NCBI GenBank assembly: GCA_963736115.1
Contig: CAVTNR010000022.1
Span: 1-64,000 of the forward strand
Direction: 5' to 3'
Source of the DNA: an uncultured bacterium
GTDB taxonomy: Bacteria; Zhuqueibacterota; QNDG01; DTFT01
DNA: 64,000 nucleotides
Below are positions 49,909-58,242 of this stretch, one piece after another (the first letter of the stretch is position 1; every line of letters starts with the position of its first letter). A program made the position numbers and the translations under genes. Below the pieces are notes generated by a model. That model was not told the origin of the DNA. It did not search any database and saw only the letters and a program-made list of their open reading frames with translations.

Positions 49909-52242
49909 ATGACCGTTCCCGACCACGCACAGCCGCCGTCTCCGCGCTCCATGAACTTCATCCTGGTGAGCGCCTTTTTCAGCCTGTTCTACTGGGTGCT
50001 TGAATCCGTGCGCGACGTCATTGTGTTCGACAAGGGCACGATCTGGAGCCGCCTGTTCAAACCAGACCTGATGAGCTTCTGGATGCGGATGCTCATCGTC
50101 TGCATCCTGTTCCTCTTCGGCATCTACGCGCAGTCCCTGAAACAAAAGCTCGATGTGCCGGACGTGAAGGCGCAGAAGCGGCTTCGGCGTCTTGGCATGG
50201 TCTGGCGGGGACTCGGATTCGGCCTGCTGTACTGGGTGCTGGAGGCGTTCCGCGATGTGATCGTCTTTCACAAGGGCGGCTTGCTCGAGCGGCTGTTTCA
50301 GCCCGATCTGATCAGCGTCTGGATGCGCCTGCTCGCCGTCTGCGTCATGCTGCTGTTCAGCGTCTATGCGGAAAACCTGTTCGAGGAGCGCGAGAGGGCC
50401 AAACAGGCGCTGCAGAAGGCGCATGACGATCTTGAAGATCTCGTCCGGAAGAGGACGTCCGAGCTGGTCCAGTCCTATGAAATGCTCAAGCGGGAGAACG
50501 AGGAACGGAGCCACGTCGAGGACGAACTGCTCCGAGTCAACCGGGCGCTGAAAACCCTGTCGCAATGCAACGAGGTCATGGTCCGGGCAACCGAGGAGAA
50601 AGCGCTCTTCGACAGCGTCTGCCGCATCCTGGTGGACGTGGGCGGCTATCCCTTCACCTGGGTCGGGCTGGCCGAACCGGACGGCCCCGGCCTCCTGCGG
50701 CCCGTCGCGTCCGCCGGCCGCGCGGATTACGGTTTCGCGCCGGAATCCATGGTGTCGGACGGGGCCGGCGGGAATCCGTTTTTCGGGGTGATCCGCGACG
50801 GCCGGCCGAAGCGGATTCCGCTGACCGGCGGGGATTTGCCGGGATCGCAATGGTCGCGTCCGGCCGTGGAACAGGGGTTTACATCCGCGCTGGCCCTTCC
50901 GCTGACCGCGGGGGAAAAAACATACGGCGTCCTATGCATCTTCTCCGTGGCTGCGGAGTCTTTCGACACTTCCGAGATCGACCTGATGCAGGAGCTCGCG
51001 GACGACCTGGCCTTCGGGGTCACCGCGCTCCGCACCCGGCTCGAGCGGAACCGAGCGGAGGAGGAGAACGAGAAAATGCGGGCCCAGCTCCTCCACGCTC
51101 AGAAGCTCGAGGCCGTGGGCATACTGGCCGGGGGCGTGGCGCACGATTTCAACAACCTTCTGACGGCCATCCAGGTCAGCGCCGATCTCGCCATGCTGGA
51201 CATACGGGACGGCGACCCGGTCCGCAACACGCTGCAGGAAATCCACCAGACGGCCGCCCGTGCGGGGGATCTGGCCCGCCAGCTCCTTCTGTTCAGCCGC
51301 AAACATCCGATGGAATACACTCCGCTGAACATCAACCAGACGATCGAGCACCTCAATAAAATGCTGCACCGTCTCATCGGTGAGGATATCGAGATTCAAA
51401 TGGCCCTGTGCCGGAATCCCTGGAGCGTCATGGCCGACCGGGGGACCATCGAGCAGCTGCTGGTGAACATCGCGGTGAATGCGCGAGACGCCATGCCCGA
51501 AGGCGGTCAGCTCCTCATCCGGTCCGCCAACATCGAGATTTCGCCGGAGGAGTCGCGGCGGATACCGGAGTCCCGGCCGGGGCAATTCGTCCGCCTCACC
51601 CTGCAGGACACCGGCATCGGCATGACGCCCGAGACCCTGTCCCGCATCTTCGAGCCGTTTTTCAGCACCAAAGGCCCGGGCCGCGGAACCGGCCTGGGGC
51701 TCTCGGTGGTCTACGGCATCGTCAAACAGCATGAGGGGTGGATCAATGTGACGAGCAGTCCCGGAAACGGGGCGCGCTTCGAGGTCTATCTGCCGGCGGT
51801 GTCGGAATCCGCGGCCGCCGATCTGCCCCAGAGCGTTGCGCCGGGCGACCTGCAGGGCAGGGGAGAGCGGATTCTGCTGGTCGAGGATGAGAACAGCGTG
51901 CGGGAATACACGGAAAAAGCGCTGACCAAGTCCGGCTACCGGGTGGAAACCGCGACCAGCGCCCAGGAGGCCATGGCCGTTTTCGAACGGGAGAAGACTG
52001 CCTTTGACCTGGTCTTCAGCGATGTCGTGCTTCCCGACCGCAGCGGCATCGAACTCGTGGAAAACCTGAAGGCCCGCAACCGGGACCTGGCCGTTTTGCT
52101 GAACAGCGGGTACACGGATCACAAATCCCAGTGGCCGCTGATCGTGCAGAAGGGCTTCCGCTACCTGCAGAAGCCCTACTCCCTCAACGAGCTCCTGAAG
52201 GCGATGCGGGAGGTTCTTCAGAAAGACAAAAGAAGTTCATAG
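49909..52242 (+). CDS. Hybrid sensor histidine kinase (membrane sensor, GAF, HisKA, HATPase, receiver)
   Basis: QKLEAVG.LAGGVAHDFNN, NARDAM, DTGIGM, GTGLGL, C-terminal receiver; start uncertain. Confidence 0.93.
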   Translation: MTVPDHAQPPSPRSMNFILVSAFFSLFYWVLESVRDVIVFDKGTIWSRLFKPDLMSFWMRMLIVCILFLFGIYAQSLKQKLDVPDVKAQKRLRRLGMVWRGLGFGLLYWVLEAFRDVIVFHKGGLLERLFQPDLISVWMRLLAVCVMLLFSVYAENLFEERERAKQALQKAHDDLEDLVRKRTSELVQSYEMLKRENEERSHVEDELLRVNRALKTLSQCNEVMVRATEEKALFDSVCRILVDVGGYPFTWVGLAEPDGPGLLRPVASAGRADYGFAPESMVSDGAGGNPFFGVIRDGRPKRIPLTGGDLPGSQWSRPAVEQGFTSALALPLTAGEKTYGVLCIFSVAAESFDTSEIDLMQELADDLAFGVTALRTRLERNRAEEENEKMRAQLLHAQKLEAVGILAGGVAHDFNNLLTAIQVSADLAMLDIRDGDPVRNTLQEIHQTAARAGDLARQLLLFSRKHPMEYTPLNINQTIEHLNKMLHRLIGEDIEIQMALCRNPWSVMADRGTIEQLLVNIAVNARDAMPEGGQLLIRSANIEISPEESRRIPESRPGQFVRLTLQDTGIGMTPETLSRIFEPFFSTKGPGRGTGLGLSVVYGIVKQHEGWINVTSSPGNGARFEVYLPAVSESAAADLPQSVAPGDLQGRGERILLVEDENSVREYTEKALTKSGYRVETATSAQEAMAVFEREKTAFDLVFSDVVLPDRSGIELVENLKARNRDLAVLLNSGYTDHKSQWPLIVQKGFRYLQKPYSLNELLKAMREVLQKDKRSS

Positions 52243-52333
52243 TTCATAGAAAAAGCCGCAAGCAGAGGTTTGCGGCTTTTTAACTGTATCGGGGGGAGGT
52301 GAACTATGAACCATGAACAATGAACAATGAACT
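52234..52333. repeat. Heptamer inverted-repeat element enclosing a terminator hairpin
   Basis: AGTTCATAGTTCATAG ... TGAACTATGAACCATGAACAATGAACAATGAAC. Confidence 0.85.
52250..52281. terminator. Bidirectional intrinsic terminator
   Basis: AAAAAGCCGCAA...TTGCGGCTTTTT between convergent genes. Confidence 0.75.
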
Positions 52334-52354
52334 CTTAAAGATGAGCTCCTGAAC

Positions 52355-53131
52355 CTAGACTTCTAATTCGAGTGATATCGGCGCATGATCAGATCCCTCG
52401 ACGTCTTTCAGGATGTCCGCGCGCCGTACGCAGTCCCGCAGTGGGGAGCTTACGAAAAAGTAGTCGATTCTCCAGCCCACATTCCGCTTTCGCGCGCCGC
52501 TTTTCATGTCCCACCATGTGTAATGCCCGCCGCCAGGCTCGAACATCCGGAAGGTGTCCAGAAATCCCGCTTCGAGAAAGCGGTCCATCCACTCCCTCTC
52601 CTCGGGCAAAAATCCGGACGTCTTTTCATTCTCCTTCGGCCGGGCGAGATCGATCTCGCGGTGAGCCGTGTTGACGTCCCCGCAGACGACGATCCGTTCG
52701 CCTTTACGGAGGGCCGGCCTGAGCCGCGCCAGGAAGGATTCGTAAAACGCCATCTTGTAGCGCAGGCGTTCCACCGAGGCTTTGCCGTTGGGAAAATAGA
52801 TGTTGTAGAGCTTGAATGCATCCAGTTCCAGCGCCAGAACGCGGCCTTCCCCCGTGAACCCGGAGTCTCCGAAAGTCTCCGAGGTCCGCTTCGGAGCCTG
52901 CCGGCTGTAGACCGCCACGCCGCTGTATCCCTTCTTTTCCGCTGAGGAAAATGCGGCGTGATACCCCGGAACCGACAGCAGTTCCTCCGGAAGCTGGCCC
53001 GGATGCGACTTGGTCTCCTGAAGGCAGACCATGTCCGCGTTTTCGGAACGGAACCATTCCATGAAATTCTTTCGGTACACGGCCCGAAGACCGTTGACAT
53101 TCCAGGAGATGAGGCGGAGGGATTTTTTCAT
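52355..53131 (-). CDS. xth: Exodeoxyribonuclease III / AP endonuclease
   Basis: SWNVNG, LQETK, GYSGV, GDVNTAH, YTWW, GWRIDY, GSDHAP. Confidence 0.95.
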   Translation of the reverse strand: MKKSLRLISWNVNGLRAVYRKNFMEWFRSENADMVCLQETKSHPGQLPEELLSVPGYHAAFSSAEKKGYSGVAVYSRQAPKRTSETFGDSGFTGEGRVLALELDAFKLYNIYFPNGKASVERLRYKMAFYESFLARLRPALRKGERIVVCGDVNTAHREIDLARPKENEKTSGFLPEEREWMDRFLEAGFLDTFRMFEPGGGHYTWWDMKSGARKRNVGWRIDYFFVSSPLRDCVRRADILKDVEGSDHAPISLELEV

Positions 53132-53165
53132 GCGGCTTTATAATCCGGCGAGGATTGGATAATAA

Positions 53166-53259
53166 AGTTCATAGTTCATGGTTCATAGTTAAGAGAAATT
53201 TTGGAAAAGCGTTTATTTTTCTTTTTCAACAATGAACTATGAACCATGAACCATGAACT
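53166..53259. repeat. Heptamer inverted-repeat element
   Basis: AGTTCATAGTTCATGGTTCATAGTT ... AACAATGAACTATGAACCATGAACCATGAACT. Confidence 0.9.
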
Positions 53260-53262
53260 TCT

Positions 53263-53709
53263 CTACCGATGCTGATGGCTGAACTTGCGGTTGATGCTTG
53301 ATTCCACGAGGAAAATGAAGCGGATCCGGTCGGCCTTATCCAGGGGATGCAGGTCGATCCGAACTGATTTCTCTTCTTCGCGGCCCAGAAGTTCGATGTA
53401 GGTTTCAGGCCGGTTGGTATGCGCGCCCTGTATGTGCTCGAGGGAGTAATGGTTCGCTTTGGGAAGAAGGCCGTTGTATACGGTGACCCGGTTATCCGTC
53501 AGATCCAGATAGGGCTTCTTGACAGCGATGAAAAGACGGGCCGCCAGAATGACGGTGATCACGCCGAGAAGAATTCCGGCCGCGGCCCAGGGTCCGGAAT
53601 GGTTCCGGAAGGACAGAATGGAAAGAATCAGCAAGCCAAGCGTGAGAAAACCTGTGACTGCGACGTCCACTGTTTTCCGCTTGAACAGGACAGCCGGCTG
53701 GGAATGCAT
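53263..53709 (-). CDS. Hypothetical two-TM protein with soluble C-terminal domain
   Basis: GGGGAG RBS, two TM segments. Confidence 0.6.
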   Translation of the reverse strand: MHSQPAVLFKRKTVDVAVTGFLTLGLLILSILSFRNHSGPWAAAGILLGVITVILAARLFIAVKKPYLDLTDNRVTVYNGLLPKANHYSLEHIQGAHTNRPETYIELLGREEEKSVRIDLHPLDKADRIRFIFLVESSINRKFSHQHR

Positions 53710-53948
53710 CCGATCCGCTCCCCTATCGAATTAACGTCCGAAATGACTATTCCAAATCGCGGGAATCAAGTTAAAACAGGAACTGAATCCTTTCAAAATT
53801 GAAAGAATCCCCGAGAAAATACCCTGTTTTTAATGGATCAAGCAATTATTACACCAAAGAGAACGATCAGATGGGTTGAAGAAGGGGACAATGGCTGGGA
53901 TCGAAATTTCCCGAGAGGTTTGTTTATCGCATAATATACAAGTATTTA

Positions 53949-54797
53949 TCAAGAATCCGGCGACTTGCTCCCTCCTTCATGTTTTTCAAACGCATGCTCC
54001 TCGAATAATGAGAGGGTTCCGGCTGGCTCGAAAACGCTCACCCACGCAAGAGGCCAGCGCCAGATCATTCCGTCCATGGTGCGGATGACCATTCTTTCTG
54101 CATTGGAACGGACCGGACGCACCAGTTCAGCCGGTTCCCCGGTGTAACGGTTTCGCGGATCCCTGTCAATGCGGACCCGTTCGCCTCTCTTGAGCCGCCT
54201 CAGGGTCCCGTACGGATCCGTTTTTTTCCGCAAGCCCGCAAACAACCCGGAGAGCATTGAGACCGGCCGCCGTCGAGCCGGTTGTCCGGGTTTCCCATGC
54301 ACATCGTATCCGAGTCGGACCGCATGCTCGAGGGCCCAGCGGTTGGCCGCATGTTCCCCCGCGCGGGGGTGCATTCCGAGGTGATGCCGTCTGAAGTGAT
54401 GCAGTTCATGGCCGAACAACGCGGCCAGATGGTCGTGGAATCCGCCGTACCGGAAAAGCCAGCGGTAGCCGTCTCTCTCGTCCCGCGGGTACGTGGCGGG
54501 GTCCGGGTCGAGACGCATGCGGATCAGCTTGAAGCGGTCCGGAAGACCGTCGGCCGCGCCGAAACGGAGCGTGAACTTCCAGTTTCCGCGGCCGGTTGTG
54601 AACGCGTCCGGCGTCATCCAGCGGTGCACATAAGCCGTGCCCCGGCTTGCGTGAATGCCGGGCAGGAGATACAGAGAGACCACCAGGTCCCGGGTGTCCG
54701 TTCCTTCCGCGACATGTTCCAGTACGCGGCTGATCTCATCCTGCGTCAGGGCCGACCGGGACCAGGTGCGGGGGGACGCGAACTGGAAAACCCTCAC
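53949..54797 (-). CDS. Hypothetical protein with HExxH motif
   Basis: FGHELHH followed by GE..AN; directly downstream of the PAP2 gene. Confidence 0.6.
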   Translation of the reverse strand: MRVFQFASPRTWSRSALTQDEISRVLEHVAEGTDTRDLVVSLYLLPGIHASRGTAYVHRWMTPDAFTTGRGNWKFTLRFGAADGLPDRFKLIRMRLDPDPATYPRDERDGYRWLFRYGGFHDHLAALFGHELHHFRRHHLGMHPRAGEHAANRWALEHAVRLGYDVHGKPGQPARRRPVSMLSGLFAGLRKKTDPYGTLRRLKRGERVRIDRDPRNRYTGEPAELVRPVRSNAERMVIRTMDGMIWRWPLAWVSVFEPAGTLSLFEEHAFEKHEGGSKSPDS

Positions 54798-54803
54798 GCG
54801 GAA

Positions 54804-55730
54804 TCACTCCCGTTCCGGAAGCGGCCGGTCGGCGGAGCGGAGGATGCGGCGTCCGATCCCATACAGCAGAATGCCGCAGAGGATACCGGCGATGGCGTCC
54901 ACGGCGTGGTGGTACCGGCAGTAGACCGTTGCCAGCGCGACACCGACGGCAAGCGGTAGAATGACGAGCCCCACGGGACGGTTATACTGCAAGCCGGCCA
55001 ACGTGATGGTGAACGCGGCGGCGACATGCGAACTGGGAAACGCGCCGCCCCGCATGGTGCCGTTCGACTGAACCCACTGGATGAAATGGAGGAAGAATCC
55101 GCCTTCGGGCTCGACCGTGTGCTTGTCCCTCAGAATGACCCAGGCGCCCTCGGACGGGAAGACGAGGAACAGGAGAAAGGAAACGGCGAAGGTGAAGGTG
55201 ACCAGAAAGAGAAATTCAACCGTTTCCTGCCGCTTCCCGCGGAAATAGAGGGGAAAGGAGATTGCGGCGATGAAGAAATAGTAGATCGTGTAGAAGAAAT
55301 TCATGAGTTCGGTCAGCCAGGGCCGGAACAGCCGCTCGACCCAGACGGTGGGGTGCACCCCGAATATCCAGAGGTCCGCTTTGACGACGAAATCGTTCGC
55401 CCAGTACGGGAAAATCATGGTCACCAGGTTGTCCATCTCGGTCCAGGCGAAGGCTATCCACAGAACGGGATAGAACGTCCGCAGGAAATCGATCGCCGGA
55501 CCGGGGCGTTTGGACTGCCATCGGATCAGGCCGAGCACCGCGGCGCAGAGCCCGGCGTGCACGAAGGGCACGGCAGCCCAGTTCCGGACGTCGCGGTGGA
55601 AGGGCACCACGAGAATACCGAGTAGGGCCAGATAGGCGAGGATGACCGCGTCCATCGGCCGCAGATCCCACTCGGAGTATCGCTTGCGCAGAAAGCCCAT
55701 GATGCCCATTGACGGCCGCTCCGTTTTCAT
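54804..55730 (-). CDS. PAP2-family membrane phosphatase/phosphotransferase (AUR1/PAP2_3-like)
   Basis: AFPSSHV, ATVYCRYHHAVD, multiple TM segments. Confidence 0.87.
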   Translation of the reverse strand: MKTERPSMGIMGFLRKRYSEWDLRPMDAVILAYLALLGILVVPFHRDVRNWAAVPFVHAGLCAAVLGLIRWQSKRPGPAIDFLRTFYPVLWIAFAWTEMDNLVTMIFPYWANDFVVKADLWIFGVHPTVWVERLFRPWLTELMNFFYTIYYFFIAAISFPLYFRGKRQETVEFLFLVTFTFAVSFLLFLVFPSEGAWVILRDKHTVEPEGGFFLHFIQWVQSNGTMRGGAFPSSHVAAAFTITLAGLQYNRPVGLVILPLAVGVALATVYCRYHHAVDAIAGILCGILLYGIGRRILRSADRPLPERE

Positions 55731-55736
55731 TTGTTG

Positions 55737-55765
55737 AAATTACAGATTCGATCTGCAAGGGTCAA
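55737..55765 (-). promoter_or_regulatory. Sigma70 promoter, probable leaderless transcript
   Basis: TTGACC-N17-TAATTT-N6-ATG(55730). Confidence 0.55.
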
Positions 55766-55820
55766 GTTGTTTTTTATACGGGGAAAGACGGGAAATGTTT
55801 TCAGATGTCCACTGTAAAAC

Positions 55821-55886
55821 GTTCCGAGTTCCGGGTTTCGGGTTCCGGGTTGAAGAACTCGGAACACGGAACTCGAAACCTGGAAC
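55821..55886. repeat. Second heptamer inverted-repeat family (GTTCCGR)n...(YCGGAAC)n
   Basis: GTTCCGAGTTCCGGGTTTCGGGTTCCGGGTT-gaag-AACTCGGAACACGGAACTCGAAACCTGGAAC. Confidence 0.88.
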
Positions 55887-55898
55887 GCTTTTCATGAT

Positions 55899-57301
55899 TC
55901 ACGTTTCTTCTCCCACCAGATCCGGTTCAATCACCCGCATCGTTTTCCATTTCCCCCGGATGAACCGCACGGTGAACACGATTCCGATCACGCAGATGTA
56001 CAGGGTGGCGAACGCCCACAGGGTTTCCAGCGTCGCATCGAACCACAGGACGGCGGCGATCGAAGGCAGGGCCATCAGGCTCCAGGACAGCGCCATGGAC
56101 ACCCACATCACGAATCGGGTGTCCCCGGCGCCTTTCACGGCAGATGCGAACACGATATTTGCGGTGTCGAAGAGGGAGTAGAAGGCGACGAATTTCAGCA
56201 GGCGGACGGCCGTGGCCGCGATCGGGGCGAAACGGACGGGGTCCGCCTGAGCCGCGAATGCGGAGATGAACACGCCAGGGGAGAAAAAGTAAACGGCGGC
56301 CACCGAGGCCATGTAGGCGAAGGTCAGCTCGAAAATGAGGCGCACCGAGCGCGCCGCCTCCTCGGGCCGGTTCTCGCCGAGCCGCTGGCCCACGAGAATC
56401 GACGCCGCCGTGCCGAAACCGAACATGGGCATGAAGGCCAGGTGGTTGATGCTGAAGGCGATGTTGGTCGCGGCCAGCGCGTCCGTACCGAGCCGGCCGA
56501 TGAGAATTAAAAGAGCGTGAAACCCGAGGTTTCCAGCGCGAAATGCAGGCCGTTCGGAAAACCGAACCGGGCCAGCCTGCGAAACAGTCGGACATCCGGC
56601 CGCCAGCCTTTCCTGAAACCGAAACGGTCGCCGTCTCCCCGCCGCAAAGCCAATGCGCCGTATACAGCCATTGACAGAATCTGCGAGAACACCGTGGCCC
56701 AGGCAGCGCCTGCGATTCCCATTTCCGGGAAAGCCCATTTCCCGAAAACGAGCGCATAATCGAAGAATAGGTTGAACAGTGTCGCGGCGAGGGTCACCCA
56801 GAGCACCGTCCAGGTCCTTCCCAGGCCGCTGAAATGATTGGCCAACGCGGATGCGGCGGCCGCGGGGAAAAGGCCGAGCATCATGATGTTGAAATAGGTC
56901 CGCTCGAGGGACTGAAGGCCCGCCGGATGGCCGAGGCTGCTGAACAGCCAACCGGAGAATGGAAGGGTCAGAAGGCCAATGATGCCTGCGGCGAGCGACA
57001 GATAGATCCCCTGCCACACGACCGGCCCGATCCGGTCAAACCTGCCGGCTCCGAAATATTGGGCCGTGAATGTGCCGACATAACCCGCTGCGCCGATAAA
57101 GAGAGAGGCGATTGTAAAATAGATCATGCCTGACGGCATGGCCGCGGCCACGGCCTCAGGCGCGTACCAGGATAGGAATACGCGATCGATGACTGCCTGA
57201 ATGGTCAGCGATCCTTGGCTGAAGATGAGCGGAAGGGAAAGCCTGAGGATATCTTTATATCCCCCGTCCCTGTGCCAGCGTTTTTTCATTCTGATAATCA
57301 T
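55899..57301 (-). CDS. MATE-family efflux transporter (one frameshift near 56510, probable homopolymer error)
   Basis: LSLPLI, AQYFGAG, EMGIAGAAWAT in one frame; GTDALAA, VGQRLG, GAGDT in the other; one extra T restores GFTLFLILIGRLG. Confidence 0.88.
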
Positions 57302-57531
57302 GGCTAAGTTTTCAATATAGTGAATTTAAATGCGGATGTAAAGCGCACCTCCCGAAGGTGGGGGTACCTTCGGGAGGTACGCTTAATGCCAAAAATGACT
57401 ATGCGGCATGAAAAATTGGCAGTTTTTCATCGATCAGGTCAAATAGACATGAACCTATTAATATTGTATAATTATTGTATTTGTTATTTAAAATCATAAA
57501 AATCAATTACTAAAAAGCTCATAAAAACTTG

Positions 57532-57547
57532 TGGCATCCCTATTGCA
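57532..57547 (+). promoter_or_regulatory. Sigma54 -24/-12 promoter of the Hsp20 gene
   Basis: TGGCAT-CCCTA-TTGCA, with an AT-rich tract and inverted repeats upstream. Confidence 0.7.
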
Positions 57548-57607
57548 TTATTATTGTTCAGCTGACGGAAATCAATATGAAAATAGAGAGATGAAAGGAG
57601 AATAACC

Positions 57608-58039
57608 ATGACACTCGTACGCTACAATCCCATGCGACATCTGGCTGAGCTTCCGCTGGATGTTGAGACGTTCTTCGAAAATTACGGTCTGGGTCTGGGC
57701 CGCGACACGGTCTGGAATCCTTCGGTGGACATCCTGGAAACCGAGGACGGCTATGAGCTGAAAGCCGAAGTCCCGGGCCTGAAAAAGGAAGACATTCAGG
57801 TGTCGCTCGAGGACGGCCTGCTGACCATTCGGGGCGAGAAGAAGCAGGAAGCCGAGACCCAGAAGAAAAATTACCACTCCATGGAGCGGGTGTTCGGCAA
57901 GTTCGAACGGTCCTTCCGCCTGCCCGAGAACGTGAAGGGCGAAGCGATTCACGCGAAGTACGACAACGGCGTGCTCAGCATCGAGATCCCGAAGTCCGAG
58001 GCGGCCAAACCGAAGCAGATCGAAGTGAGCGTGGAATAA
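57608..58039 (+). CDS. Hsp20/alpha-crystallin small heat-shock protein
   Basis: PSVDI.ET, EVPGLKKEDI, ER.FGKFERSFRLP, A.YDNGVL.I.IPK. Confidence 0.96.
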   Translation: MTLVRYNPMRHLAELPLDVETFFENYGLGLGRDTVWNPSVDILETEDGYELKAEVPGLKKEDIQVSLEDGLLTIRGEKKQEAETQKKNYHSMERVFGKFERSFRLPENVKGEAIHAKYDNGVLSIEIPKSEAAKPKQIEVSVE

Positions 58040-58066
58040 ACGCAAGCCGCGCATGAGGTGCAAACC

Positions 58067-58099
58067 AGCGGGGTCTCTGTGAGACCCCGCTTCTTTTTT
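58067..58099 (+). terminator. Intrinsic terminator
   Basis: AGCGGGGTCTC-tgt-GAGACCCCGCT-TCTTTTTT. Confidence 0.85.
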
Positions 58100-58114
58100 G
58101 GCCTTTCACTTTTA

Positions 58115-58197
58115 AGTTCATAGTTCATGGTTCCTAGTTCATAGTTGAAAAGGAAAATCTGTCTCAACAATGAACAATGAACTATGAACCATGAACT
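58115..58197. repeat. Heptamer inverted-repeat element
   Basis: AGTTCATAGTTCATGGTTCCTAGTTCATAGTT ... AACAATGAACAATGAACTATGAACCATGAACT. Confidence 0.9.
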
Positions 58198-58207
58198 CTC
58201 TTTTCAG

Positions 58208-58236
58208 TTGACATTCCCCCCGTCCCTGCCTAACTT
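58208..58236 (+). promoter_or_regulatory. Sigma70 promoter, probable leaderless transcript
   Basis: TTGACA-N17-TAACTT-N6-ATG(58243). Confidence 0.6.
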
Positions 58237-58242
58237 GTCGCG

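Noticed and set aside
53837-53868. Eighth copy of the core (ATCAAGCAATTATT)
   Set aside because: Only the left end matches; no GAAGG at 31-32 bp and no hairpin
53924-53951. dif-like site (CGCATAAT)
   Set aside because: The XerD arm TTATGTTAAAT is absent
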